64,000 nt of DNA from Camelus dromedarius. Its lineage: Eukaryota. Below are positions 12,661 through 28,510 of the stretch, in pieces. Positions within the stretch are counted from its first letter, which is position 1. Every line of letters starts with the position of its first letter. The notes under the pieces were generated by a model. It searched no databases. It worked only from the letters and a program-made list of their open reading frames with translations, and had not been told where the DNA came from. A program made the position numbers and the translations under genes. Location of the stretch: positions 11,842,001 to 11,906,000 of the forward strand of contig NC_087438.1 in the NCBI RefSeq assembly GCF_036321535.1, given 5' to 3'.

Positions 12661-14294
12661 CAATGGTCAGCCCTTGTAGATATTACTGTAAAGACTGGAA
12701 AACTGTAAGCTGCAGAGATTAAAGTAATAAATGGTGAATCACAAGCTGTTATTTCCAAGGTAAGACTTCTGCCCCTCTCCTGGTGTTTTTTTTTCAAAAA
12801 AAGGAATCCCATTAGTGAAACCATCCAGGCCTCTCTCTGTCCGCTCACTTCTTCCTCCCCAGGAGCTGTGGGACCTCCCTTCGTGATGGTTTAGGTTGGA
12901 AGGAGAATCTGGATGTGCTTTCCTCTTCTCTCCCCTTCCTCTCCCTTCCGTCCCTCCGACACAGGGAACACTCGTCTCCTCCACTTTATGTGCCTTAAGT
13001 CATTCGGAAGTAGCCCCAGCTCCTGCGGCCGATAGCAGGAGGGGCTGTAGTTGGGGAGATTTAACCTCAAAGGTAGCGATACCTGGCATCCTCAATCAGC
13101 AATCTTAGGGGAAAGACAAAGGGTAAAATATAAGCAGAATGGGTGAGACTGAGAGGTGGTTTTGAAGCCTCGGATTTGAGTGTATGAGCTTGTGTTTGGT
13201 CTCAGAGGCTTATCCACAATGGTTGTCACAGTGGTTGGTTGCAGGTTAAGTTCTTCATTTTGGGCAAAAGCTTTCTGCCTTAGGCTACACAGTATTTTGA
13301 GCTCTGTAAGGGACTGCAGCTAATAAGGCCCATACGTCTCAGCAAAGGGACAGGGCAGTACAGAGATTAACAAAGGCACAGGGACCACAGTCGCCAAAGA
13401 GAACAGGGCTCCTACAGGGGCGGCGAGGGAATCCCAGCCAAATGTGACATGCCCTCTGTGGATGTTGCCTCCTGGGACCTTTGCAAGCCAACACCGCCCC
13501 ACAGGTCTCAGCAGAGGTGTGGGCCATTAGCAGGTGAGGGCAGCCTCTGAGTACAGGGCTGCAGCTTGTCCCCGGCCCTCACAGGTGCAGGTTTCCCAAG
13601 CAGAGGCCGCAAGCTCGTTGATTCACCCGTGGAGAAAAGTGCCTCTTAGACATTAGGGTGCAGAGCATGTCTGCTGTTTTAAACTGTAGCTAGAGAATTC
13701 CATCTTCCCTACAGGTTCTAGATTTCAATTGTTAGTGCCAGGCACCAGCAGGCAAAGCGAACGGGAAATGCAGATCAGCAGGTTAGGGATATACTGGACA
13801 CGTCATCTGCTGGTGCTGGGAGTTACAATCACTGCAAATTTCTAACCTTGGCAAGAAGACAGCCATGCCTCGAGTGCTGCTCTTTGAGAGTGGAGATGTG
13901 GTATGTGGAGTTTCCTCCTGGATGTGGTGAATACCCTTGTTAGGAGAATTTTTCCCCCATCAAATTGAAGTTCAAAGGTCATGGATTCCACACACCTAGC
14001 ATAGCCTGGGGCAGACAGAAGCTGAGTGATTCCCCCAGCTCCTTCTCCCAGGTTTGTCTGGTTCTCTGCTGCTCCCTGTGGCCAATGACTTTCCTGGATT
14101 CTAGAAGCCTCGTTTTGCCGGGAAGCACTGCTTTTCTTAACTTGGTGGGTGTGGGGTCAGGGCTGTGACACTTGTGTGTGTCCTATTAACTCTTTAAACT
14201 CATTAAAAAGAAAAGCACTCAAGGGCTTTTCAATGAACCAGTACTCCTTCCAAAGCTTGCAAGGAGTGATGCCCATTCCAGGTAGAAACAGCCC

Positions 14295-15672
14295 AGGTAT
14301 CTCCCCAACCACAGGATCTGGAGGATGGCCCATAACTATTTCAGGGGCCTTAAAACTATTTTCTTAACAAGAGTAAGGTGGGTTTCCTTTTCCATTTGTT
14401 GACGTGCATGGCTGGTACACAAGCAGGTGGGCATGGCGCCCACCTGTGCTCATGGCCATTGAATTTTTCACCACCGCACACTCACAAATTTTTTTTAACC
14501 CACTGTCCCTTAAGAACATCCTTGACAAACCTGTAAAAATTATTCATTTTATTCAACCTCATCCCTTGAGTAGGCATCCTTTTCATATTCTATGTGACCC
14601 CAACGGAAAGGCCACACAGAAGACTTTCGCTACGTACCAGAATTCGAAGACCACCTGGAGGACAAGCAGTTGTACAAATGTTTGAATTCAGAGCTGAATG
14701 AGCCCTCTTTTAAAGTGAACATCTTTTTTATTTAAAGAAACTACTGTAGTTATTCAAACTCAAGTGGTTGGACACTATTTGCTCAAAAGCTGAACAAAGA
14801 GCCTGTCCTTTCAAGGCAAATAGCCGACAATAATTGTCACCAATGATAAAATTCAAGCAGTCAAGTGAAAATTGGAGTTTCAAAAAATGTGTATCTACTA
14901 CCGTGAGCTTGGCCGCTTCCTAGCACTTAAAGACTTCTCTGACGAGATGGGTGATACATTAACAGGTGTGTTTTTTTTTTAATCTTATATAGTGAAGTAC
15001 GTCAGTATTCAGGAGATCTGCCTTAACTTGGTGAATCAATATTTTCCAACTGACCAAAATGTGACATTGACAAAATCATGCACAGGTAAAAGATTCTTTC
15101 AAGATGGAAGATATTCCAATGGGTCTTAACGTAACAAAGTATGAAAAGTACACTGATCTGGTTTCAGCTTCCAGACTGAAGCTCTGACCTCCTGTAACTA
15201 GCACTTGTCAAGTCCTAGCGTAAAATCAAAGAAGAAAATCCACAATTATCTGAAACAGGTATGAAAATTCACCTCTCGTTTTCCAACTGCATATCTGTGG
15301 GAGGCTGAAGTTTCTTCAGACTCTTTAACCAAAAGGAACATATGGCAACAGATTGAATGCAGAAGCGGATAAGAGAACCCAGATGCCGTCTATCAAACCA
15401 AACATGAAAAGGATTTGCAAACACGTAAAGAAAAAAAATGCCACTCTTTTTCGCTACATTTTCTTTTGTTTGTTTGGGGAAATATTGTTATTTTGAATAA
15501 GTATATGTTATCTATGTTAAATTTTCATGAGTTTATTTTATGTTTAAATGAATTAGTATTTTTAATGCCACAGTTTTAATTTCTGATATAATGAATTTTG
15601 ATAAGTATCCTGGTGTTCTCATCAACTGTTGAGAGGTTAAAGGTGTACTGGGAAGAAAAGTTTGAAAACCAC
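14295..15672 (+). mobile_element. Charlie1a-like hAT DNA transposon fossil (~1.4 kb, decayed transposase remnant)
   Basis: 5' 'ttcaggggccttaaaactattttc', internal 'tgagcttggccgcttcctagcacttaaagacttctctgacgagat', 3' 'caacagattgaatgcagaagcggataagagaaccc...aaagtttgaaaaccacc' match recalled Charlie1 sequence. Confidence 0.8.
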
Positions 15673-17353
15673 CAACCTAGACAATGAGAACACCACCTAT
15701 GACTGCCAGAATGAGAAACAGAGGGATGAGAGAATTTAATATATTTGAATTTTTAACTTAAACAGAAAACAGAACATACTTTTAAACGTTAATTCAGGTG
15801 TATGTTTGAATTTTAACCTGCAAAGGGATTTAATAATTGGACTTTAATTTCCTGCTGGCAAATTATAGTAAGAGAAGGTTTGGAGCCAGATTTGGAATAT
15901 CTGTTGCTGGATTATATTATTGTACGTGTGACCCATGTTGTCCTTTAATTTCAACTCAGAATCTCTGAAATGGAGTCACCAGAATGAGCTGAATTGGACC
16001 ACGTGGCTGATGATAGTTTGGAATGGAAGTGGAAGGATTAATTGTCAGCCTTGGATTCGGAGTGGCCTTGGCTTTGCTTTCATTAACACACCTTTCTAAT
16101 TCATTCCAGAGAGTTCTGGGAGCAAAATGTGTACTGCCCGGGAGATGTCGGGGGGCGCCCCAAAGACAGGGGGCGGTATTGGGAGCAGCATCGGAAGGAT
16201 GGGAGCAGGGCTTTCTGAGGGCCTGCTGATCGCCTCCTGAATGCGGACTGTCCTCATCTTTCCTGCGCTCCACGGCCCAGTGGTCCTCCGCCACTCCCCA
16301 AGTTTCCGCTCACGTAGATGAAGTGTCCCTAGCGTGGAGTGTCCTCTCATCACCCTGATGCTCTCTGCGTCTCAGGGAGGCAGTCTGGCTTCTCCGTGGG
16401 TGGTGCTGGAGCCAAGAACTGTTCTGCCGCTCCTTCTCCTCCGTCTCTCCCGGGGAGAGAGCCAGACAGCACGGGTTCCAATCTCCCCAGGCCCCACGGA
16501 GTGAGTAGTGGTACGAGTCTGCTCATTCTGAAGCTCTGAATTAGTCAGCTGGCTCACAGACATGAGCCACATTCTCCAAAATCATCTCATCAGTGCAGGT
16601 GGCAACACGCTGTCTCCACAGGTGGTCTCACTTTGTCTTATCTCTCAGGTTGTTCAAAAGCCAAGCTGGTTTATGAGGTCACCACAGATACCGCAGCAGA
16701 CGGAACTCGGGTCTGCTGGGTTCCAGAAGCTGCGCTCTTTACGCTTCGTTGCTCTGCTGCTGCTTTGTGTTTCCCTGTGGCTCCAAGACCATCTCTCCAC
16801 TAGCAAATACGTATTTGTGGAGCGGACGCTGAATGGGAGGAAATGAACGAATGAAGCACCGTCCCAGCACGTTGTTTCCCATTGTGTGCCTTATTCTTCC
16901 AAATCTAGCAGAAGCGTCATTCTGGTCTCACGTGATGACTAGCCATAAAGTAAGTGCTGGAATGTGTGCAAACTCAGCGGCTTCCTTTACCCTAAGAGCA
17001 CGTATAGGAAGGGTCTGAGAACACAATGTGCTGCGACAGGGCAAGAATAGCCCTCAGAGCTGTATCACCTCACCCCAAGTTCATTAACTTCACTTAAATG
17101 AGAAATAAGTGTCTCTAGTGGAAAATTCAGAGGTGTCCACAGACCATCTGAATCCTACATCTTTGCTGACGGTGAGCAGAATACTTTTTTTCTTTGGCCA
17201 CAATTCAAGGAAAGTAGTTTTACCCCAGATACTTGATAAGCTCCTTGTATGCATGTTTGTATATTAAAAACCATATTTATAACCATTTTCCACGTACAAA
17301 GTTACATTGAGAAGCTAATATGGGAAAATTCATAAAGCGTAATGCGTGGTTCC

Positions 17354-17880
17354 TGTATCAGTTATCCATTGTTGGATTACCCCAAAATTTAGTGACTTAA
17401 CACCACAATAGGTATTTATTATCTCACACAGTTTCCATGGGTAAGGAACTTGTGGCTTAACTTGGAGGGGAGGGTATCATAGTCTAGAATCTCTCGGGTG
17501 GCGGTCAAGGTGGCAGCTGGAGCTCTAGTCATCTGAAGGTTTGACTGGGGCTGGAGGGTCTGCTTCCAAGATGGTGTGTGCAGACAACTAGGAGCAGCTG
17601 GCCTCAGTTCTTCACCACAAGGACCCCTCCAGGTGGCTGCATAAGTGTCCTCAAGACAAACCACTCACTTCCCTCAGAGTGAATGTTCCCAGCACTAGAG
17701 GCTGTGACCAGACCACCACATCTTTTGCGAGGTAGCCTCAGAAGTCACACACTGCCATTTCACGATATCATATTGGTTACATGGGTCATCCTATTTAATG
17801 TAGGAGGGGACTACAGAAGGGGTGCCTAACAAGGGGATCCCCATCCCAGCATGGGAAGCCGTTTGGATACTGGTTACCAA
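17354..17880 (-). mobile_element. MaLR solo LTR (MLT1F/G/H-like)
   Basis: Begins 'tgtatcagttatccattg'; contains 'gtcatctgaaggtttgactggggctggagggtctgcttccaagatgg' and 'gcctcagaagtcacacactgccatttc'. Confidence 0.8.
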
Positions 17881-18249
17881 AGTTCCTATCACTTTCTGTA
17901 GTCTCATCATGAAGAAGAACAAAGCTCATGAAAAGTAAATAAATCTGCCTGGTAGCCTTACATGAAAGGTCAGATAACAGTCTGCCTTTTCTGAACTTGG
18001 CGCATTACAAGCCACACTGGGAATGTCCAGGGTTTGGAAATCAACTAGATCCTCAGGAAGTGTTAACTCAAGAAGTCCTCATTCTCAGGCAACAGAGACT
18101 CAGAGAAAGGGTAACCATTTAGTCATTGAACAGAATTCATTGAACTCCTATTAAATACTAGGTACCAGGCTAGTTCTCTAGACCCTTAGATAAATGTGGA
18201 GCTCACACTGCAATGAGAAATTCAAACATGTGAACATGTGGCACCCCTA

Positions 18250-19120
18250 CCTTCCAGTTGCTGTATTTTTCTTATCAGACAGTTCTATTTGGTTCTTTTC
18301 AGATCCACCTAGTCAATTTTCATCTCTTGTTTCTTTATTGTATTTTCAATAATTTTTAATTAAAATATATCAAACACACCCACTTTAGATTCTGTTTCTG
18401 GTCATTTCACATCTACTCACTTTGTAAGTCTAATTCTATGCTTTTTTTTTTACTGCTCTCTTTTGTTTATGATGGCTTGTTTTGCTTATTTTTTTTTTTT
18501 AATTATGAACTCTGGTCCTTGGAAGTTGAGCTGCAGGAATTCTTTAGAACACAGTTTTAATTGTATTTCTCTTAAGAGTATTTGCATTTGCCTCTGCCAG
18601 CTTCATGGGGGCACTGCCAACCCAAGACTAATCTAAATTTTCTCTGAGCAAACGGGCAGGGGGAACTTGGTCCCAAACCCTAGTGATTGCAGGCTTGTGG
18701 TTAAAAATTTTAAGTGGAAATTTCCTCCAGTTCACTGAAAGCCAAGCTTGAGACAGGCTGTATCTCCAGGATGTGTCTCCAAGACTTTCATCAGCAGGGT
18801 AAGTTTCTTCTACTTGTCCACTTCAGGGGTGCTGAATTTATGCAGGAATTCTGACTAGACCTCCTTTCCCTATTTGGGGCAAAACCCAGGAAAGAGGCAC
18901 CAAGTTTTACCCGATACCCCCGGGGGGATCTCTGCCTCCACTATCTTGCTCTTTTGGATTTGCACTTTCTCGAGGGGTCTACAAAAACCTTGGAAAGTTC
19001 TTTTACTTCCCCCTAGCTTCACCATGCGTTATAAAATATGTGAGAGGTTGAGTTTTTAATACAGTGTTTTCAGGTATGCTGTGCTGAGCAGGTATGAACA
19101 TCTAGCCTGCCACTTTGCAG
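18250..19120 (-). mobile_element. Ancient L1 (L1M/L1ME-type) 5' region remnant
   Basis: T-rich degenerate sequence with 'tatttgcatttgcctctgccagc', 'gcaggcttgtggtt', 'tctagcctgccactttgcagaac' recalled from old L1 5' fragments; subfamily not determinable. Confidence 0.45.
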
Positions 19121-19710
19121 AACTTGCTGTAGTTTGTACCATGCCATAAGGAAGATCAGCCCTTTACTTATGACTTATGTTTGAGATGATCAGGCAAAAA
19201 AGAAGACGGTTGGAATAAAGGAGTTAAGGACACCAAGTTGTCATTTGTTTCACATGGTCGACCACAAAAAGACCTAAAGGAGATCCAGTGACAGTCAATA
19301 ATTTTGTGTTATTTGGTAGCAATGAAGTGTCAAAGGCTATGACAGTTGCTCAGTGTCTTACACAAATGAACAATGACAACAAAGACAAAGCTGACCTAAT
19401 TACTTCATTAGGTAAGGGAGAGTTATGCCAGACAGGCACAGAATTTCTGGGAAGAGTGAGGAACTGTTCTGATAGGAGGTGATATCTGTGTGGACTCCAG
19501 GGCTTGGCGGGGTTTCAGAAGCAGGAGTGGGGAGACCTCAGCTGGAGAGGCACTGTTACTCAGGATTCACTTTCAGAAGCCTGTTTATTGGAGTGTATCC
19601 AATAGTCCCTATTGGCTGATCTTCCAAAGTGAAAGGCTAATGCTGACTACTTGGCTTGCAGAAGCACGTTCCCTGGGATGAGTCACTGGTTGATTAAATA
19701 GGTTTAAAAC

Positions 19711-19955
19711 TAGTTCTGATGGCTCCACAGCTATAGAGTTGTCTCTCTCTCTCTCTTTTATTAATAAGCAGCTTCAAAATCTATTTTGTATCTGATGACA
19801 CCTTTTTACCAACAGAAAAATTCCCATACTCTTAAGAAAAAGCTAATTATTCTGTAACTATGATAACAAGTAGCCTCCAAAATGGGTTTTGAAGCTGCTT
19901 ATTAATAAAAGAGACAGAGAGAGACAACTCTATAGCTGCGGAGCCATCAGAACTA
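19711..19955. repeat. 69-bp inverted repeat (19711-19779 / 19887-19955, 67/69 identical) with 107-bp spacer
   Basis: Arm 1 tagttctgatggctccacagctatagagttgtctctctctctctcttttattaataagcagcttcaaaa; reverse complement of arm 2 differs at only 2 positions. Confidence 0.97.
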
Positions 19956-20412
19956 TTCAGCCATAAAAAAACAACAACATAACACCATTTGCAGCAACAT
20001 GGATGTCCCTGGAGAATGTCATTCTAAGTGAAGTAAGCCAGAAAGAGAAAGAAAAATACCATATGAGATCGCTCATATGTGGAATCTTAAAAAAAAAAAA
20101 AAAAAGAGCATAAATACAAAGCAGAAACAGACTCATAGACATAGAATACAAACTTGTGGTTGCCAAGGGGGCGGGGGGTGGGAAGGGACAGACTGGGAGT
20201 TCAAAATTTGTAGATACTGACAGGCATATAAACAAGATTATACTGTATAGCACAGGGAAATATATACAAGATCTTGTGGAAGCTCATAGTGAAAAAAAAA
20301 TGTGACAATGAATATATGTATGTTCATGTATAACCGGAAAATTGTGCTCTGCACTGGAATTTGACACAACATTGTAAAATGACTCTAACTCAATAAAAGA
20401 TGTTTAAAAAAA
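19952..20412 (+). mobile_element. Young camelid-type L1, 5'-truncated (ORF2 tail + 3' UTR + poly-A)
   Basis: 'ctattcagccataaaaaa...ccatttgcagcaacatggatgtccctggagaatgtcattctaagtgaagtaagccagaaagagaaag'; near-identical to the copy at 59476-60135; ends 'aactcaataaaagatgtttaaaaaaa'. Confidence 0.92.
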
Positions 20413-20959
20413 GTGTCATCAAGTATAATGTGCAATAATTTGTAGAATCAAATCAACAAAATCTCTAGATTTTCAGATAGGACAAAAATCCTCAAATTAG
20501 GATTAACGCACCGAGAGCCTCAATTAACCACATATGCGTACATATGGACACCTTTGTTCTATGAGAAAGAGACAATGATAGGAAATGGTACATCCTTGGA
20601 TTGATTCAGCCTCTCATATCTTCTTCAACAGCGTCACTGCACAATTCAAGTAATACCCAGAAAATGTACCTTGTTCACAAACCATAAAACAAAACCCTTA
20701 ATCACAAAATACGGTTTTAGTCAATGTTGCAAGCCTAGGTGGAAACAGGAAAGGAGTCATGCAGCTTGGAAGACTTAACAAGGATAAAGTCAAAAATATT
20801 ATGCTCAATATGTAATGAACTAGAAAAAAGTGAACTCAGACACAATTTCCTGATGATTTCAATTAACACTAATTGCAGAGAAATTAAGGTATATTGAGAT
20901 CTTTCCAATTTGAGATCTGAAAGCACTTCTCTTGGCATGACGTTCCATCCAGTACACGA

Positions 20960-21500
20960 CAGTGGTTCAGAGCACAGCCCCAGCGCCTGACTGCCCAGGC
21001 CGTGGCCTGGCACTGTCAGTGCCTCAGTTTGCCCATCTGCTGTTATGTGCTGAATTGCATCCCTCTAAAGTTTCCGTATTGATGTCCTAACCCTGGTACC
21101 TCCGAAAGTGACTGTATTTGGAAATGAAGTCTCTTCAGAAGTAATTGAAGTTAAATGAAGTCATCAAGGTGGGCCCTAATCCAACATGACTCGTGGTCCT
21201 CAGAAGAAGGGGAGATTAAGACACAGATGTGCAAGGAGGAANNNNNNNNNNNNNNNNNNNNNNNNNNNNNNNNNNNNNNNNNNNNNNNNNNNNNNNNNNN
21301 NNNNNNNNNNNNNNNNNNNNNNNNNNNNNNNNNNNNNNNNNNNNNNNNNNNNNNNNNNNNNNNNNNNNNNNNNNNAAGACCCCAGTCTGCAGTATTTTGT
21401 TACGGCAGCCCTGGGAAGTTAATACGTCTGCTAACGGGAGTAGTACTGAATCCATATCATAGGGTAGTTCTGAGGATTAAAGAAATTAGCAATGTCTTTT
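20960..21500 (+). mobile_element. MIR SINE split by the MLT1 LTR
   Basis: 'gcctcagtttgcccatctgc' before the LTR and 'tctgctaacggg...catagggtagttctgaggattaaa' after it form a continuous MIR core. Confidence 0.75.
21041..21426 (+). mobile_element. MaLR solo LTR (MLT1A-D-like) with 5-bp TSD tctgc
   Basis: Starts 'tgttatgtgctgaattg', ends 'gtattttgttacggcagccctgggaagttaatacg'; tctgc at 21036-21040 and 21427-21431; internal N gap 21242-21375. Confidence 0.88.
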
Positions 21501-21656
21501 GTCAACTATTAAAATAATAAATGTAAGTAATAATAGTGACCATCATTTCCTGATCACTTACTCTATGCTCTAGCACTGAGACCAAAGCCTGGGAGTTGCT
21601 CAGTCAATGTACTTACTATATATTTAAGACTTCTTGGTGAGAACAGAATGTTATTC

Positions 21657-24589
<2,933 letters not shown>

Positions 24590-27500
24590 GGATTTGATTT
24601 TAAATATTAACTATGGATGGGTCACCTTGTTTCTAAACTTGGAAGAGCGTATCCTCTGTAATGAGTGGCAACCATGTGCAGTTTTTGATCCATACATGGA
24701 TAAACTGTAGTTTGAGGAGTGAAAATAATTCATTTAGCCTCATCCAGGGGAATTTATGTGTTTTGATGTGTCAGACAATAATTCACTGAATTAAATGAGA
24801 TGATCAGTTTTGACCCCCACTCCCCCTCTCTAGATGCCCTAACCTTTTTGCTTAAAGTGGTAGGGAACTGGATATAAATTTTTAAGCGCTGTCAGAAGAG
24901 ACTTACTGTTTCAATGGGAGGGAGAGACAGCTGGACTAAAAGCATGTTTGGGGAAGAGGCAAAAAAAGATGTAGGGAGAACAGCTAGTAAATTTGCCTGG
25001 AGGAGGCAGGGAGTGAAGACAAGAAGATGGATACCTTGAGCACCTGGCGGTGACTTGAGAAGTTAAGTGCAGGTTATGATATGATGATAAATGAGTATAG
25101 TTGGTAGAGTGATTTTAGCAACAATATGTAGGAATAACTGACAAGCAAATAGTCCTTAAGGTGATTCTAGAAAATCTGGAATCATCCTACAGTGATATTG
25201 AAGAGCTCACACAGCAAAGTGGCTTTGGAAGGGAATTCCCTCGGATCTCTCCCTCGGGTCCTGTAGGAAAACTACGTGCAATGGGATCCGGAAATCCATG
25301 GAAGTTGGCCTGAAACAGATGTGCGATCCTGGACAATCCTGGACCAGAGAAGAATTATTAAGTAACATACAATATTACACATTAATGGGTGGAAAGGTAA
25401 ATTTGGACTTCAGAGGACTTCAGAAGCCCACCTTCTGTGTTTCAGGGATGTGCAGTCACTTGAAATAGAAGTCCCTGTGACTTTGCTTTAGTGACTATTT
25501 AAGAATCACATATAATTAGGACATAGGAAGTATTTATGTGGAACGAGTGATTTTAAATGTTTCTTTAATTTTAATGACTTGAAGTTTCATGTTGTTCGGT
25601 ATCTTAGTCAAATACTTTGTGATTAATATGTGAAAATAACTTCAGCTCGGCTTCTTGACCAAATGATCATAAGTCCCATATTTACTGCACCAGGTAATTG
25701 GATTCTTGAACATCCTTTGTCTCATAGTCTGTCCCTGTAAGAAGAGTTTTACCCTCTTCCACCTCCACCCCCACAAGAGGACCACTTACAAATTTTCAAG
25801 TTGTCTTCCAGGAATTAAACCAATTCCTTAGTCTGGGGGTTATTTTCTGTGCATTCTTGAGGTACAGTTTAGTTTAACTCAATATGTTAACTCCTTAGGC
25901 ATATGCCAAACTTCCATAAATTTTCCTAAGTGTCACAAAATTAAAAGACAAAAATAAACACAAAAATTTTCTCTTCCCTCCAGATTAGTTAATGTGCTAT
26001 TCAACTGCCCCAGGTAACATTTCCTGATATGAGGTATTTCAAGTATGTTAAGAGTCTAAAAATAATTTTTAATGGCCTTTCCTTCATCCTGCATTATGGA
26101 GTCATGGGGAGAAGGGGTAGGGGACAGAGTTTAATTGTTAATGAGGAATATTCTGAATAGTACAGTTTGGTTTTGTATACATATAATTACTAGCTGAGTG
26201 CTTTTTTGCAGATTTCTGAGGTGAACTCCTGAAAAGACAAGGTTTCTTTGCCAAACAGTTAATTAAGTGTACAACTGTCAAAGTAACTATCATTTTGATT
26301 TGTACATAAAACCTAAATGATAAAGACATCACTCTAAAAAAAATGTCTTGGACTTATGGTTACATAAAGTATAAGCTTGATGATTTGCAGACTCTATTGA
26401 TTAGATTAGCTGACTCAAACTTTTCAGATTCATCAAACCAGTTGTTTGACTAAGTCGACTGCCAATTCATTTTAGAAAATGAGTAAGTTAGCCCTGAATG
26501 TGGGACTTCAGTTGCTGCTCTGCATCCTGCCTTCACCTCCCAAGAACAGTACCCATGGGCCAGTCATTCATCAGCAGTTACAATTTCTATTTGCATGCCT
26601 CCTGAGCCACCTCCCACAGACCAGGTAAACCACATTTAATCAACAAAGGAACATTACGTTGTAATCAGGAGTTATGTCATAAGCGGCTATGAGACACTGC
26701 AACCAGCAATTCAAGATGGGAATAAAAATGGAAAATAAGGAAGTAAAGGTATCAGTTTCCAGAAGGGTGAGAGAGGCCTCCCTGTTGTTTCTGCTCAGTG
26801 ATGGAAATTGTTATTACCCAGATGGATATTAAGGAACAGCAAGAAAGTCAACCAGCATCACTACAAATTAATGCACACACTGACGGGGAATGTTAATTTG
26901 TTATCAGTGTAACTGCATGAAAGTTATCAACATAATTTCCTCTGACAAGTGATTCATTCTAGAGGGGGAAAAAAAAACAAGCTAAGAAGCCTCTATAGTT
27001 CGTTATCAGGCATCTGCAAACTGTTTTTCCCTTCTCCCACCTAATCTGCAGGTATTGCAGGCTGGCTGGATAAAGTTAATGGTATTCATAGGGAAAGCTG
27101 TGATTTACTGAGACATACGCTCTTGTATAAACACAGCAAGTTTCATTATCACTTATAGAAAGTGTCTCCAACAGGGTGACAACTCATGTTATAAACAGTC
27201 TTTTCTAAAGGTCCAGAAACGAAGGGAACTGGGCTGGGCATCTGAAAACACATTGAAGGAGGACCAGGGTGAATTAGTATATGCCGAGGAATTATCTCAG
27301 CTTCCTAATGGTGCTGACATTTATTTTTACTTAATCGCAGAGAATGACAACTGGGAGAGGAAGACAGTAAGTATAAAAGAATGAAATTTGCCAAATAGAG
27401 AGAATTCCACATCCTGACCACTTTTAGCTGCTCTCAGGAAACGTTTGTGTCAGCACTTAGAGAGGAAAAGAGGGGAGGCACCACCTTCCTTCTGCTCTTT

Positions 27501-28199
27501 TGTTGATCCTTTTACTGGCTGTTTGGAGCCCAGACGAAGCCATGAGTCATTCCTGGTAGAAGGGAGGGGTTGGGGGGAGAGGAAATGGAAGCAGTCCTCT
27601 CTTATCTGTTTGTGATGGCTTTATTTGAAAAAGGCTAAATATGATTGAAGCTAATATTATTAGTGTACATCAACTCTCAGATTTTTTCAATGATCCATTT
27701 ATTTGATCCATTCATTTTCATAAAAGCTTTAGCATGACTTTGATGCTGTTAACTTTCAAGTGGTCAGGAAGAAAAGGATTATTCCAGGGCAACAGCGGAT
27801 TCTTGCTTGAAGATCCCTCCTGATCTCTGACATGGAGTCATTTTATTTTTCAGGGCAGTGCTAGGTACCAGCTAAGCGGGACTGAACACTCCATTCTTAG
27901 AATCATGCCCCCACAACAATGCCTACATTCAGAAACGCAGAGGAAGTGATTTGACAATTTAGAAAAGTTGTATCGCCAATCTACCAACAGTTAAACCTTT
28001 GTCTTAATTCAGGAAGCTTCTTACACTCTCTTTTTTCCCAGCCTTCCGGCATGTACACCACCCAGTGGTGATGACAGGTGTAATTAATTGCATAGCACAG
28101 TGCCCTGTATATAGAGATGCTCAAGTGTTGCTAGCTGTTCTTCTTAAATGGTCAAAGCCTATGTCTCCCTAATGTGGCTAAATCATATGACTGACAGTT

Positions 28200-28510
28200 G
28201 ATTGCTTTCGAGATCAGATCAGAACTAGGCCAAGTAAATGAGGAAACAGTTGACTGGCACCAGCGTGATGAATACTGAAGAGTCTGTGGATTCAAACGAA
28301 ACTTGAATACCAGTTTGGGCACTTAACGTGACTTTGTTACAGTAGCTCCCTGAGTTTTTGTTCTGTCTTCTGTAAAACAAGGTAAATAATACATTGCAAG
28401 GCCTTTTTGAGGATTAAATTAAAATATACAAATCAAATATTGAAATTAAAATATAGAAGACCTCTAGTACAGTATCTGGCACATAGTAAGTACTCAAAAA
28501 TATTTTTATT
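28200..28510 (+). mobile_element. MIR SINE
   Basis: 'ttctgtaaaacaaggtaaataatacattgcaaggcctttttgaggattaaatt...tctggcacatagtaagtactcaaaaatattt'. Confidence 0.65.

Noticed and set aside
19713-19953. Inverted repeat read as a Tc1/mariner MITE with TA target duplication
   Set aside because: TA is part of the palindrome anyway, the ends lack the usual CAG-type terminus, and the inverted copy of the L1 TSD inside the spacer is better explained by an L1-associated rearrangement. Kept only as an alternative to test by copy number.
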